From NCBI GenBank assembly GCA_041496385.1, contig JBGQEL010000056.1, positions 1-25,580 on the forward strand: a stretch of 25,580 nucleotides of DNA, given 5' to 3'. This document shows positions 7,956 to 16,905 of this stretch, in pieces. Every line of letters begins with the position of its first letter. Within the stretch, counting starts at the first letter, position 1. This DNA is from Candidatus Methylomirabilia bacterium. Its GTDB lineage: Bacteria; Methylomirabilota; Methylomirabilia; Rokubacteriales; CSP1-6. The notes beneath the pieces were generated by a model. That model did no database searches. It was not told the DNA's origin and worked only from the letters and a program-made list of their open reading frames with translations. The translations under genes and the position numbers were made by a program.

Positions 7956-9098
7956 CTACCAGAACTCGCGCGAGGCGAGCCGGGCGCCCTCGGCCATGGT
8001 GGCGAGCTTCGCCCAGACGATGTCCGGATCGACCGCCGACTGGCCCACCCACGTGCCGAAGCCGCAGTCCGTCCCGGCGATGACGTTCTCGCGGCCGACC
8101 AGCCGCGCGTAGCGCGAGAGCCGCTCGGCGACCAGCTCGGGATGCTCGATGAAGTTGGTGGTCGAGTCGATCACGCCGGGGATCAGCACCTTGCCCGCCG
8201 GCACCTTCACGCGCTCGAAGACGCGCCACTCGTGGGCGTGGCGCGGGTTGGCCGCCTCGAACGAGATGCCGTTTGGCCGCGCGGTGAACACAACGTCGAT
8301 GACGTCGGCGAGCGCGACGTCGTAGTGGTGCGGGCCCTCGTAGTTGCCCCAGCAGAGGTGCACGCGCGCCTGGTCGGGCGGGACGTTGGCCAGCGCGCGG
8401 TTGAGCGCCTCGATGTGGAGCCGCGCCATCTCCCGGAACTCGGCGACGCTCAGGCGCGCGAACTGGATGTGGCGGCCCATCGCGAGGTCGGGACAATCGA
8501 CCTGGAGAACGAAGCCCGCGCGCGCGATCGTCTCGTACTCGTGCCGCATGGCCTCGGCGATGGCGAAGAGATAGGCCTCGTGCGTCGCGTAGTGCTCGTT
8601 GCGGAAGAAGAGGGAGATGACGCCCGGCGACGCCGCGGTCATGAATCCTTCCTCGGCCCGGCGGGAGGCCATCGCGGCCGCGAGGTTGTCGGTATCGGCC
8701 TGGGCGGCGCCCGCGTCGCGCACGCCGATGGCGCCGTTGCAGGCCGGCGTCTTGCGACGCGCGCGGCCCGGGTCGCCGAACACGCGCCGGGCCATTCCCG
8801 GGAAGTCGACCAGGTCCTGGTACTGGAGCGGGTGGCTCTCGCCGCCGAAGCCGGTCAGGCGATCCTTGACGTACGTGGCGTAGCTCGGCTTGCTCATCTC
8901 GCCGTCGTCGACGACGGCGACGCCGGCCTCGACCTGCTTGCCGACCACCTCGGCCACCGCCGCGCGGATGCGCGCCGCCAGCGCGGCCCGATCGACCGGC
9001 ACGCCCTCTTCCTTGGCGAACATCGTGCGGATCAGATCGTCCGGGCGCGGCAGGCTGCCCGTGTGGGTCGTCAGGAAGCGCTCGGTGCTCCGTCGCAT
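7956..9098 (-). CDS. Cobalamin-independent methionine synthase II family (single-barrel MetE-like) protein
   Basis: TTHTGSLPRP, DGEMSK, LQVDCP, HLCWGN (Zn His/Cys), LIPGVID, GTDCGF (Zn Cys). Confidence 0.9.
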   Translation of the reverse strand: MRRSTERFLTTHTGSLPRPDDLIRTMFAKEEGVPVDRAALAARIRAAVAEVVGKQVEAGVAVVDDGEMSKPSYATYVKDRLTGFGGESHPLQYQDLVDFPGMARRVFGDPGRARRKTPACNGAIGVRDAGAAQADTDNLAAAMASRRAEEGFMTAASPGVISLFFRNEHYATHEAYLFAIAEAMRHEYETIARAGFVLQVDCPDLAMGRHIQFARLSVAEFREMARLHIEALNRALANVPPDQARVHLCWGNYEGPHHYDVALADVIDVVFTARPNGISFEAANPRHAHEWRVFERVKVPAGKVLIPGVIDSTTNFIEHPELVAERLSRYARLVGRENVIAGTDCGFGTWVGQSAVDPDIVWAKLATMAEGARLASREFW

Positions 9099-9117
9099 CG
9101 TCGGGGTCCGCCGCGCC

Positions 9118-10332
9118 TCAGGGCGTCGTGCCGGGCAGGTCCGAGTCGCGCGCGCCGGAGGTGCGGTCGCGGAACTCGGCGGGCGCCTCGCGGCCGGCGT
9201 CCGTGAAGGCGCGCCGGATCGCCTCCACGTTCGGGCTGAAGATGGTCTTGCGGTTCCCGCGCGCCCAGTCGTTCGAGCCGCGGATGGTGTCGAGGGAGCC
9301 CTGGAAGCGCGGCATGACGTAGCGCGCGAACAGCTCGTAGCTCCGCAGCGTCTGCTCGCGCGTGGCCCACTCGTGCGCGCGGAAGAGCAGGCCGCCGAAG
9401 CCGCCCTGGCTCAGCCGGTGCAGGTGCTCGATGCCGCGCACGATGGTGTCCACCGAGCCGACGAGCGTGGTGCCCATCTTCACGCCCTCGGTGAGCGGAT
9501 CGTCCGAGCGGCCCGGCGGGCGGCCGAGCGTCTCCTCGAAGTAGGTGATCGTCTCGTGCCGCTCGGCGCGCTTGACGTGGCGTAGCGCCTCGTCATCGTC
9601 ATCCGCGACGTGGACGTTCACGACGAGGCGCCACTGCTGCCGGTCCATGCGCTTGCCGTAGCTGGCGGCGGTCTCCTCGGCGATCTTCCACTGGCCGGCC
9701 AGCGCGTCCGGCCCGCCGGGCAGCCCGGCGCCGAGCGAGAGCACGCCGAGGCCGTGCCGTCCGGCGGCGATGACGCCGGCCGGCGTCATGACGCTCGCGA
9801 CCGCGATGGGGAAGTGCGGGTGCGTGTAGGGCGCCAGGTGCAGGCGCGCCTGGCGCAGCTCGAACCAGTCGGTCTTCAGCGTCACCGGCTCCTCGCACCG
9901 CAGCAGCAGCATGATCGCGTCGAGCGCCTCGTCCATGCGCGGCCGCTGCGTCACGGGCTCGATGCCCAGCATGTAGGCATCGGACACGAGCGCGCCCGGG
10001 CCGCAGCCGAGCATGGCGCGGCCGCGCGTCATGTGATCGAGCTGCACGAAGCGCTGGGCCACCAGGAACGGGTGGTGATACGGCAGGCTCGTCACGCCCG
10101 AGCCCAGCATGATGTGGCGCGTGCGCTCCGCCGCCGCGGCGATGAAGACCTCGGGCGAGGCGATCAGCTCCCAGCCCGCGGAGTGGTGCTCGCCGACCCA
10201 GACCTCGTCGTAGCCCAAATAATCGAGCCACTCGATCAGCTCCATGTCGCGGCCGAGGGCGAGCGTGGGGTTCTCACCGATCCGGTGGAACGGCGCCAGG
10301 AATATGCCGAACGTCATGCCTTTGTGGGTCAT
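9118..10332 (-). CDS. LLM-class flavin-dependent monooxygenase (limonene 1,2-monooxygenase-like)
   Basis: FGIFLAPFH, GYDEVWVGEHHSAGWE, GVTSLPYHHP, LDHMTRGR, GPGAL. Start ATG overlaps the upstream stop (ATGA). Confidence 0.88.
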   Translation of the reverse strand: MTHKGMTFGIFLAPFHRIGENPTLALGRDMELIEWLDYLGYDEVWVGEHHSAGWELIASPEVFIAAAAERTRHIMLGSGVTSLPYHHPFLVAQRFVQLDHMTRGRAMLGCGPGALVSDAYMLGIEPVTQRPRMDEALDAIMLLLRCEEPVTLKTDWFELRQARLHLAPYTHPHFPIAVASVMTPAGVIAAGRHGLGVLSLGAGLPGGPDALAGQWKIAEETAASYGKRMDRQQWRLVVNVHVADDDDEALRHVKRAERHETITYFEETLGRPPGRSDDPLTEGVKMGTTLVGSVDTIVRGIEHLHRLSQGGFGGLLFRAHEWATREQTLRSYELFARYVMPRFQGSLDTIRGSNDWARGNRKTIFSPNVEAIRRAFTDAGREAPAEFRDRTSGARDSDLPGTTP

Positions 10333-11831
10333 CGGAGCTTGAGGTCCTCGTAGGGTGACATGTAGAAGCCCGGAATCGCGGTGGCCAGGATGTCGTCGAC
10401 GCGCGGGCCGAGGCCGGTGGGAAAGCCGAGGTGATAGACGGGCGCCTGCGTGACCTGCTCGTGGAGGATCTTCTGGAGCTGGTGCAGGAGCGCCTCGCGC
10501 TTCTTGCGGTCGAGCTCCCGGGCCTGCCGCCGGAACAGGTCGTCCACCTCGGGGAGCGCGCCGAAGGCGAAGGCGCCGTTCTTCGTGACGAACGACTCGA
10601 GCCGCGTGGCCGCGTTGCCGGAGACGCCGCTGACCGTGAGGACCACGCCGTGGAGCTTCTTCTCCCGCCACGCGCTCATGAACGCGCCGCGCTCCATGGT
10701 GCGCATCCGCGTGCGGATGCCGACCGCCTGGAGCCAGCCGAGGATCGCCTCGCCCATGGAGTTGTACGGCGGGAAGGGCGTGAGCTCTCCGCCGTCGAAT
10801 CCGTTGGGATAGCCCGCCTCGGCGAGGAGCTGCCGGGCCCGCTTGGGATCGTACGGCGGGGCCTCCACGGGCAGGGCGAACTCGAAGTCGCGCGGGACGA
10901 TGCTGCCCGTGGGCCGCGAGAGACCGAGCGTCTCGGCCTGGTTGAGCGCCTGCCGGTCGATGGCGAGGCTGGCGGCCTGGCGTACGCGCCGGTCGGCCCA
11001 CGGCGACTTCGGATCCCACTGGTCGGGGAAGTCGAGCCAGAAGATCCCGAGGAGCGGCGCCACCAGGCGGAGCCCCTGCGTCCGCCGGATGTCGGCGGCG
11101 GTCGGGCCGCTCAGCAGGAACGCGACGTCGACCTCGCCGTTCTTCAGCGCGGCCGCGCGCGTGGTCTCGTCGGGCAGGCTCCGGAAGACCAGGCGCTTGA
11201 TCGAGGGAGGCTTGCGCCAGTAGCCGTCGAACGCCTCGAGCACGAGCTCGACACCCGGGTTGAAGCTCACGAACTTGTACGGGCCCGCGCCGATCGGCGC
11301 CTTGCGAAAGCCCTCCTCGCCGACCCGCTCGACGTAGCGCTTGGGCACGATCCAGCCGGCGCTGGCGACGAACGTGCCGTAGAACGCCGGGAAATCCGGC
11401 CACGGCTCCCGGAACACGAAACGGACGCGGTTCGGAGCGAGGATCTGGAGCTCCTTGACGCTGTCCTTGAGGATCCTCGCCGCGCCGCCCTTGTAGCGCT
11501 CGAAGGAGAACTTCACGTCGTCGGCGGTCACGGGATCGCCGTTGTGGAACTTGATACCCGGCCGCAGCGTGAACTCGGCGCTCAGCGCGTCCCGGGCCAT
11601 CGCCCACGACTCGGCCAGGCTTGGCGCCGAGCCCGCGCCGGGCATGGGCTTCACCAGCGCGTCGTGGAGCGCGTAGAGCAGGAGATAGGGCGTGATCGTG
11701 CTCTCGCCCTCGCCCGGGTCGAGCCAGCGCGGGACCGGGTTGAAGTGGAGCGCGAAGGTCAGCGTGCCGTCGGCCGCCGCGGCGGCCCCCGGCGCGCCGA
11801 GCAACAGCAGGGCGCAGAGCAGCGCTCGCAT
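10329..11831 (-). CDS. ABC transporter substrate-binding protein, family 5 (peptide/nickel type)
   Basis: Signal peptide MRALLCALLLLGAPGAAAA, PSLAESW, FTLRPGIKFHNGDPVTADDVKFSF, PIGAGPYK, RVRQAASLAIDR, YDPKRARQLLAEAGY. Confidence 0.92.
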   Translation of the reverse strand: MRALLCALLLLGAPGAAAAADGTLTFALHFNPVPRWLDPGEGESTITPYLLLYALHDALVKPMPGAGSAPSLAESWAMARDALSAEFTLRPGIKFHNGDPVTADDVKFSFERYKGGAARILKDSVKELQILAPNRVRFVFREPWPDFPAFYGTFVASAGWIVPKRYVERVGEEGFRKAPIGAGPYKFVSFNPGVELVLEAFDGYWRKPPSIKRLVFRSLPDETTRAAALKNGEVDVAFLLSGPTAADIRRTQGLRLVAPLLGIFWLDFPDQWDPKSPWADRRVRQAASLAIDRQALNQAETLGLSRPTGSIVPRDFEFALPVEAPPYDPKRARQLLAEAGYPNGFDGGELTPFPPYNSMGEAILGWLQAVGIRTRMRTMERGAFMSAWREKKLHGVVLTVSGVSGNAATRLESFVTKNGAFAFGALPEVDDLFRRQARELDRKKREALLHQLQKILHEQVTQAPVYHLGFPTGLGPRVDDILATAIPGFYMSPYEDLKLR

Positions 11832-11839
11832 GCGCGCCC

Positions 11840-12622
11840 TCAGCCCGCCGGCTCCCCCGCGTTGACGGGGAGGACCTGGCCCGAGATGTTCCGCGCGAGC
11901 GGGCTGCAGAGGAACATGGCGGCCGCGGAGATATCGTCGGCGGTGGCCATGCGCTTGAGCGGGGAGCGCTCGAGCATCGCCTTGCGCATGGCCTCCGGCG
12001 AGATGCCGCGCACCCGCGCCTGCCCCTCGATGACGCGGTCGATGCGATCGCCCTCGATGGCGCCGGGGGCGACGCAGTTGACGGTGATGTTGTACTGGGC
12101 GAGCTCGAGCGCCATGCCGTACGTCATTCCCACCTGCCCCGCCTTCGCCGAGCAGTAGCCGATGCGGAAAGGCAGGCCGCGGCGCCCGGCGCCGGACGAG
12201 ATGTTCACGATCGCGCCGCCGCCGGCCTTGATCATCTCGGGGACCACGAAGCGGGTGCACATGTAGGAGCTGGTGAGGCAGGAGTTGATCGTGTAGAACC
12301 AGTCCTCCTCGGTGTACTCCTGCACGGGCTTGGTGGGGCCGCCGTCGCCGGCGTTGTTGACGAGCGTGTCGATCTTGCCGAAGGCCCCGAGGCCGGCGGC
12401 CACCATGCGCTTCACGTCGGCTTCCTTGGCGGCGTCGCCCGTCACGGCGACGGCGCGGCCGCCGTCCTTGCCGATGAGCGTGGCCGTCTCGTCCACCAGC
12501 GCGCCGGAGCGGGCCGCGCAAACCACCGCCGCGCCCTCGTGCGCGAAGAGGCGGCTCATGACCCGTCCGATGCCCTTGCTGGCTCCGGTGATCACCGCCA
12601 CCTTGCCGTCGAGAAGACCCAT
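11840..12622 (-). CDS. Short-chain dehydrogenase/reductase (SDR)
   Basis: TGASKGIG, LVNNAG, NISS, YCSAK catalytic motif, VNCVAPG. Confidence 0.93.
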   Translation of the reverse strand: MGLLDGKVAVITGASKGIGRVMSRLFAHEGAAVVCAARSGALVDETATLIGKDGGRAVAVTGDAAKEADVKRMVAAGLGAFGKIDTLVNNAGDGGPTKPVQEYTEEDWFYTINSCLTSSYMCTRFVVPEMIKAGGGAIVNISSGAGRRGLPFRIGYCSAKAGQVGMTYGMALELAQYNITVNCVAPGAIEGDRIDRVIEGQARVRGISPEAMRKAMLERSPLKRMATADDISAAAMFLCSPLARNISGQVLPVNAGEPAG

Positions 12623-12761
12623 GAACGCTTCCCCCGCCGGCTAGGCTACCACGCGCGCCCGCAACTTGGGCCTTGACGAGCTCGTCGTTCGCACTGTAGT
12701 AGGGAGCGTCGGCGAGAACGTCCCTGGGGTACCCACGCTCCCCTCTCAAGGAGGCCTACCG

Positions 12762-13829
12762 ATGTGGACCGTCATTCGCGCCCTGTTGCTGGCCGTGCTC
12801 GTGCTGGGAACCCTGGAAGCTCCCGCGCTCGCGTGGGACCGCGGCGAGGTCAGGACCTTCGCTGCTCTGCCCAAGGGTGAGGCCCATCCCGAGGGCATCA
12901 CGGTGGACCGTGCCGGCAACGTCTACGTGACCACCTTCGACGCGGGCCGCGCGGGCGTGGCCGGCGAGGTCGGTCACCTCTTCGTCTACGACCGCCACGG
13001 CCGGCTGCTGCGCAAGGTCCTGGTGCAGAACTCCAGCCCGCTCCTGCTGGACCTCGCCTTCCACCCGCAGACGGGCAAGCTGCTCGTGCTCGATTTCGGC
13101 GGCGCCCAGGTGCTCACGGTCGATCCCGTGAGCGGCCACTCGCAGGTGTTCACGAGTTTCACCGGGCAGCCGGGCCTCAACGTGCTGACCTTCGACGGGA
13201 GCGGCAACGTCTACGTCTCCGCGTCGTTCGCCGGCGCCGTCTACAAGATTGGCCCCAACGGCGGCGCGGCGGCGGTCTGGGTCCAGACCCCGCTGCTCAC
13301 GACGACCGGCGTCCCCGGCTTCGGCGCCAACGGGCTGGCGTTCAACAAGGCGCGCACCCACATGTTCGTGGCGAATACGGGCAACGACACGATCATCAAG
13401 ATCCCCGTTCTCGCCAACGGCAACGCGGGCACGCCGGCGGTCTTCGTCAACAGCGTCAACGGCGCAGACGGTTTGATCATCGACGACGACGACAACCTCT
13501 GGATCGCGGCGAACCAGGCGGACGAGATCGTGGTGATCAATCCGCAGGGGCGGGTCATCGCCAGGCTCGGCGACTTCGACGGGCTGGACCGGCACGGCGC
13601 GCCCCGGGGCCTGCTGTTCCCGGCGAGCCTGGTGTTCTCGGGCGACCACCTCTACGTGACCAACCTGGCCATCGACCTGCGGATCTTCGACGACCCCGCC
13701 CAGCCGACGCTCACCAACGCGACGGGCGACTCGCCGTGGGCGGCCGACGTGAAGATCCACACGATCTCGAAGCTCCGGGCCCGCATCCCGCGCGTCGACG
13801 ACGATCGGGACGACAAAGACGACAAATAG
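12762..13829 (+). CDS. Secreted SMP-30/gluconolactonase/LRE-family beta-propeller
   Basis: RBS AAGGAGG, signal peptide ending ALA, HPEGITVD, GANGLAF and GADGLIID (metal-ligand Glu/Asn/Asp positions of the family), acidic tail DDDRDDKDDK. Confidence 0.82.
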   Translation: MWTVIRALLLAVLVLGTLEAPALAWDRGEVRTFAALPKGEAHPEGITVDRAGNVYVTTFDAGRAGVAGEVGHLFVYDRHGRLLRKVLVQNSSPLLLDLAFHPQTGKLLVLDFGGAQVLTVDPVSGHSQVFTSFTGQPGLNVLTFDGSGNVYVSASFAGAVYKIGPNGGAAAVWVQTPLLTTTGVPGFGANGLAFNKARTHMFVANTGNDTIIKIPVLANGNAGTPAVFVNSVNGADGLIIDDDDNLWIAANQADEIVVINPQGRVIARLGDFDGLDRHGAPRGLLFPASLVFSGDHLYVTNLAIDLRIFDDPAQPTLTNATGDSPWAADVKIHTISKLRARIPRVDDDRDDKDDK

Positions 13830-13840
13830 GAGAACAGCGC

Positions 13841-15286
13841 ATGAAGGCGGGAGAGATCTTCGTCGCCGGCAAGTGGCAGGCGCCCGTGTCGGGCGAGACC
13901 TATCAGCCCATCAACCCCGCGAACGAGGAGCCGCTCTCGCTGGTCGGCAAGGGTGACGAGCGGGACATCGACCTCGCGGTCGGCGCGGCGCGGAAGGCGT
14001 TCGACGAGGGGCCGTGGCCGAAGATGGGCGCCCACGAGCGCGGCCGGATCGTGTGGCGGCTCGGCGAGCTGATCCAGCAGCACCTCGACGAGATGGCCAG
14101 GCTCGAGAGCCTCTGCACGGGCAAGACCATGTTCGACTCGGGCAAGGTCGAGATTCCGTTCGCCGCGGAGGTGTTCCGGTACTACGCGGGCTGGGCGACG
14201 AAGATCCACGGCGAGACGCTCCAGCTCCGCGACACGGCCTTCACCTTCACGCTGCGCCAGCCCGTGGGCGTGGTCGGGGCGATCGTGCCGTGGAACTTCC
14301 CGTTCCTGCTCTCCTCCTGGAAGCTCGGCCCCGCGCTCGCCGCGGGCAACACGGTGGTCATCAAGCCCGCCTCGCAGACGCCGCTCACGGCGCTGAAGTT
14401 CGCCGAGCTGACCCAGGAGGCCGGGCTGCCCGACGGTGTCTTCAACGTCGTCACGGGCCCCGGCGCCAAGGTCGGCATGGCGATGGTGCGCGATCCGCGC
14501 GTGGACAAGATCGCCTTCACCGGGTCCACCGAGGTCGGCCGGCAGATCATGCGCGAGGCGGCCGGCACGCTCAAGCGCCTGTCGCTCGAGCTCGGCGGCA
14601 AGTCGCCGAACATCGTCTTCGCCGACGCCGACATGGAGGCGGCGGTGCGCGGCGCGATGACGGGCATCTTCTACAACAAGGGCGAGGTCTGCGCGGCGGG
14701 CTCGCGCCTGTTCCTGGAGGAGAAGATCCACGACGAGTTCATGTCCAAGCTGACCGACAAGATGAAGGGGCTCAAGGTCGGCGACCCGATGGACAAGGCC
14801 ACGCGCATGGGGCCCGTCGTCTCCAAGGCGCAGATGGAGACGGTGCTCTCGTACATCGAGACCGGCAAGCAGGAGGGCGCGCGCGTGGTCGCGGGCGGCG
14901 GCCGCGCCAACGTCGGCAACGGCAAGGGCTACTACATCGAGCCCACGATCTTCGACGGCGTCAGCAACACGATGAAGATCGCGCGCGAGGAGATCTTCGG
15001 CCCCGTCCTCTCGGTGATCCCGTTCAAGTCCGTCGAGGAGGGGATCGCGCAGGGCAACCAGACCGCCTACGGGCTGGCCGCCGCCGTCTGGACGCGCGAC
15101 GTGTCGAAGGCGCTGCGCGCGGCGAAGGCGATCCGCGCGGGCACCGTGTGGGTCAACGCCTACAACCTCTTCGACGCGGCGCTCCCCTTCGGCGGCTTCA
15201 AGGAATCGGGCTTCGGCCGCGAGATGGGCTCGGTCGGGCTCGACAACTACACGGAAGTGAAGACCGTCTGGGTCGATCTCTCGTGA
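13841..15286 (+). CDS. NAD-dependent aldehyde dehydrogenase
   Basis: RBS AGGAG, IVPWNFP, FTGSTEVG, LELGGKSP, GEVCAAGSR (catalytic Cys), EEIFGPV, PFGGFKESG. Confidence 0.95.
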   Translation: MKAGEIFVAGKWQAPVSGETYQPINPANEEPLSLVGKGDERDIDLAVGAARKAFDEGPWPKMGAHERGRIVWRLGELIQQHLDEMARLESLCTGKTMFDSGKVEIPFAAEVFRYYAGWATKIHGETLQLRDTAFTFTLRQPVGVVGAIVPWNFPFLLSSWKLGPALAAGNTVVIKPASQTPLTALKFAELTQEAGLPDGVFNVVTGPGAKVGMAMVRDPRVDKIAFTGSTEVGRQIMREAAGTLKRLSLELGGKSPNIVFADADMEAAVRGAMTGIFYNKGEVCAAGSRLFLEEKIHDEFMSKLTDKMKGLKVGDPMDKATRMGPVVSKAQMETVLSYIETGKQEGARVVAGGGRANVGNGKGYYIEPTIFDGVSNTMKIAREEIFGPVLSVIPFKSVEEGIAQGNQTAYGLAAAVWTRDVSKALRAAKAIRAGTVWVNAYNLFDAALPFGGFKESGFGREMGSVGLDNYTEVKTVWVDLS

Positions 15287-15316
15287 GCGCGTAGCGCGCG
15301 GGCGGAGTACGGCGGG

Positions 15317-16162
15317 ATGGGCCGGATCGTCTACGCGGCGGCGATGTCGCACGTGCTCCACCCGGAGTACTACGACAAGAACGTCGGGCCGCGCGGGCGC
15401 GTCATGGTGGAGGAGCTCATCGAGGTCGTCCGTGAGATGGGCCGTGACCTCGCGGCCCGCCGGCCGGACGCCATCGTGATGGTCGCCGACGACCACCTGA
15501 ACGTCTTCTCGTTCGACGCGGTCCCCGCCATGTGCGTCCGGATCGGGCGGACCGTCCGTCGCATGGTCCAGGAGGACGCGATCGAGTTCGACCGCGCGCT
15601 CGACGGGCTCCCCGAGCGGTACCCCCTGCACGAGGGGCTGGCCGAGCGCATCCTCGAGCAGGGGCTCGAGGCCGGCTTCGACTTCGCGGCCTCGTGGTCG
15701 GGCGCGCTCGACCACGCGTTCCTCTCGCCGCTGGCGACGCTCTACGGCACGCGCCCGATTCCGCCGCTGGTCCCGTTCTGGGTCAACTGCTTCGTGCCGC
15801 CGCCGCCGACCGCGCGGCGCTGCTTCGCAGCCGGCCAGCACATCGGGCGCGTGGTGGCCGGGAGCCCGTGGGACGTCGCCGTGCTCGCCACGGGCGGCCT
15901 CTCGCACTTCCCCGAGCTGTCGCTGGCGCGCGTCGGCGAGTCCGACCCCGAGTTCGACCGCCGCGTCGTCGGCTGGATGGAGGCCGGCGACCACGCGGCC
16001 CTCTGCGCGCTGACCGGCAAGGAGCTGCACGCGAGCGGCTCTCACGAGCTGCTCAACTGGATGGTCCTGCTCGGCGCGGTGACGCCGGCGAAGGCGCGCG
16101 TCCGCTTCTTCGGCGAGATGGGCCGGATCGACCTGGCGGCGCTCGAGTGGACGCTGCCGTGA
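15317..16162 (+). CDS. Extradiol ring-cleavage dioxygenase, LigB-type catalytic subunit
   Basis: AMSH, DDHL, LDHAF, ATGGLSHF and HELLNW match the Fe(II) ligand and catalytic His pattern of the LigB family. Confidence 0.85.
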   Translation: MGRIVYAAAMSHVLHPEYYDKNVGPRGRVMVEELIEVVREMGRDLAARRPDAIVMVADDHLNVFSFDAVPAMCVRIGRTVRRMVQEDAIEFDRALDGLPERYPLHEGLAERILEQGLEAGFDFAASWSGALDHAFLSPLATLYGTRPIPPLVPFWVNCFVPPPPTARRCFAAGQHIGRVVAGSPWDVAVLATGGLSHFPELSLARVGESDPEFDRRVVGWMEAGDHAALCALTGKELHASGSHELLNWMVLLGAVTPAKARVRFFGEMGRIDLAALEWTLP

Positions 16163-16374
16163 GCCGCTACGACCTGAACGTCATTCTCTATCGCCTCAAG
16201 AAGGACGGCGAGTTCCGCACGCGGTTCAAGGCCGATCCCGCCGCCGCGCTCGCGGACGCCGACCTCACCGACGAGGAGCGCGACGCGTTCGTGCGCTGGG
16301 ACCCGCGCCGTCTCAACGAGCTGGGCGGCTCGCTGCACCTCGTGATCTCCATCCCGTCGCTCGGCGCGCATTGA
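16159..16374 (+). CDS. LigA-like small dioxygenase subunit (71 aa)
   Basis: GTGA overlap with the LigB-type stop. MSRYDLNVILYRL...RFKADPAAALADADLTDEERDA...LNELGG resembles the LigA fold motif. Confidence 0.78.
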   Translation: MSRYDLNVILYRLKKDGEFRTRFKADPAAALADADLTDEERDAFVRWDPRRLNELGGSLHLVISIPSLGAH

Positions 16375-16820
16375 TCCGCCGCTCCGGGACGCCCGGCCGC
16401 GCCGGCGCGGGCTCCCTGGTCGCCGTCTGCGCGACCGCGCTGCTGCTCCTCGCCGCGGCGCCCCTCGGCGCCCAGGAGCCGCTGCGGCTCTACGCCGCCG
16501 GCAGCCTCCGCCTCTCGCTCACCGAGGTCGCGACGGCCTTCACCCGCGCCTCGGGCGTCCCCGTCGAGGCCACGTTCGGCGCGTCGGGACTGCTGCGCGA
16601 GCGGCTCGAGCGCGGCGAGCGCGCCGACGTGTTCGCCTCGGCCGACGTCGGTCACCCGCGTCGGCTCGGGATTCGGCGAGATGACGAGCGCGGCTGTGCT
16701 CGACCGCATGCTCGATCCGACCATCAAGCTCGGAACCTCGACGCCCGGCGCGGACCCGGCCGGCGACTACGCGTGGGAATCTTGAGGACCCACGGCTTCG
16801 CGGCGCCGCCGCCGCGCTAG
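16371..16820 (+). pseudogene. modA: Molybdate ABC substrate-binding protein (ModA-like) pseudogene
   Basis: Frame A gives a signal peptide, LYAAGSL, FGASGLL and ADVFASAD. A shifted frame (16681-16785) gives LDRMLDPTIKLGTSTPGADPAGDYAWE. Frame A then ends ILRTHGFAAP*. Total 450 bp, versus roughly 750 bp expected for ModA. Confidence 0.8.
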
Positions 16821-16844
16821 CCACGGGGGTGAGACCGTACGCCC

Positions 16845-16894
16845 CGGCCGCCGGCGCGCCCCGTGTCGCTTTGCTCGGGACGCGCCGGCGGCCG
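16845..16894. terminator. GC-rich hairpin between convergent transcription units
   Basis: CGGCCGCCGGCGCG (16845-16858) pairs with CGCGCCGGCGGCCG (16881-16894). No U-tract. Confidence 0.45.
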
Positions 16895-16905
16895 AGCCGT
16901 CGCGC

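Noticed and set aside
12673..12702. Palindrome GACGAGCTCGTC overlapping TTGACG in the divergent SDR/propeller intergenic region
   Set aside because: A plausible operator, but the matching -10 is weak and no cognate regulator is nearby. Support is insufficient.
9118..12749. Apparent 829-aa and 806-aa fusion proteins in the ORF track
   Set aside because: The N-terminal extensions are off-frame readings of upstream genes. Real starts are 10332 (LLM) and 11831 (SBP).
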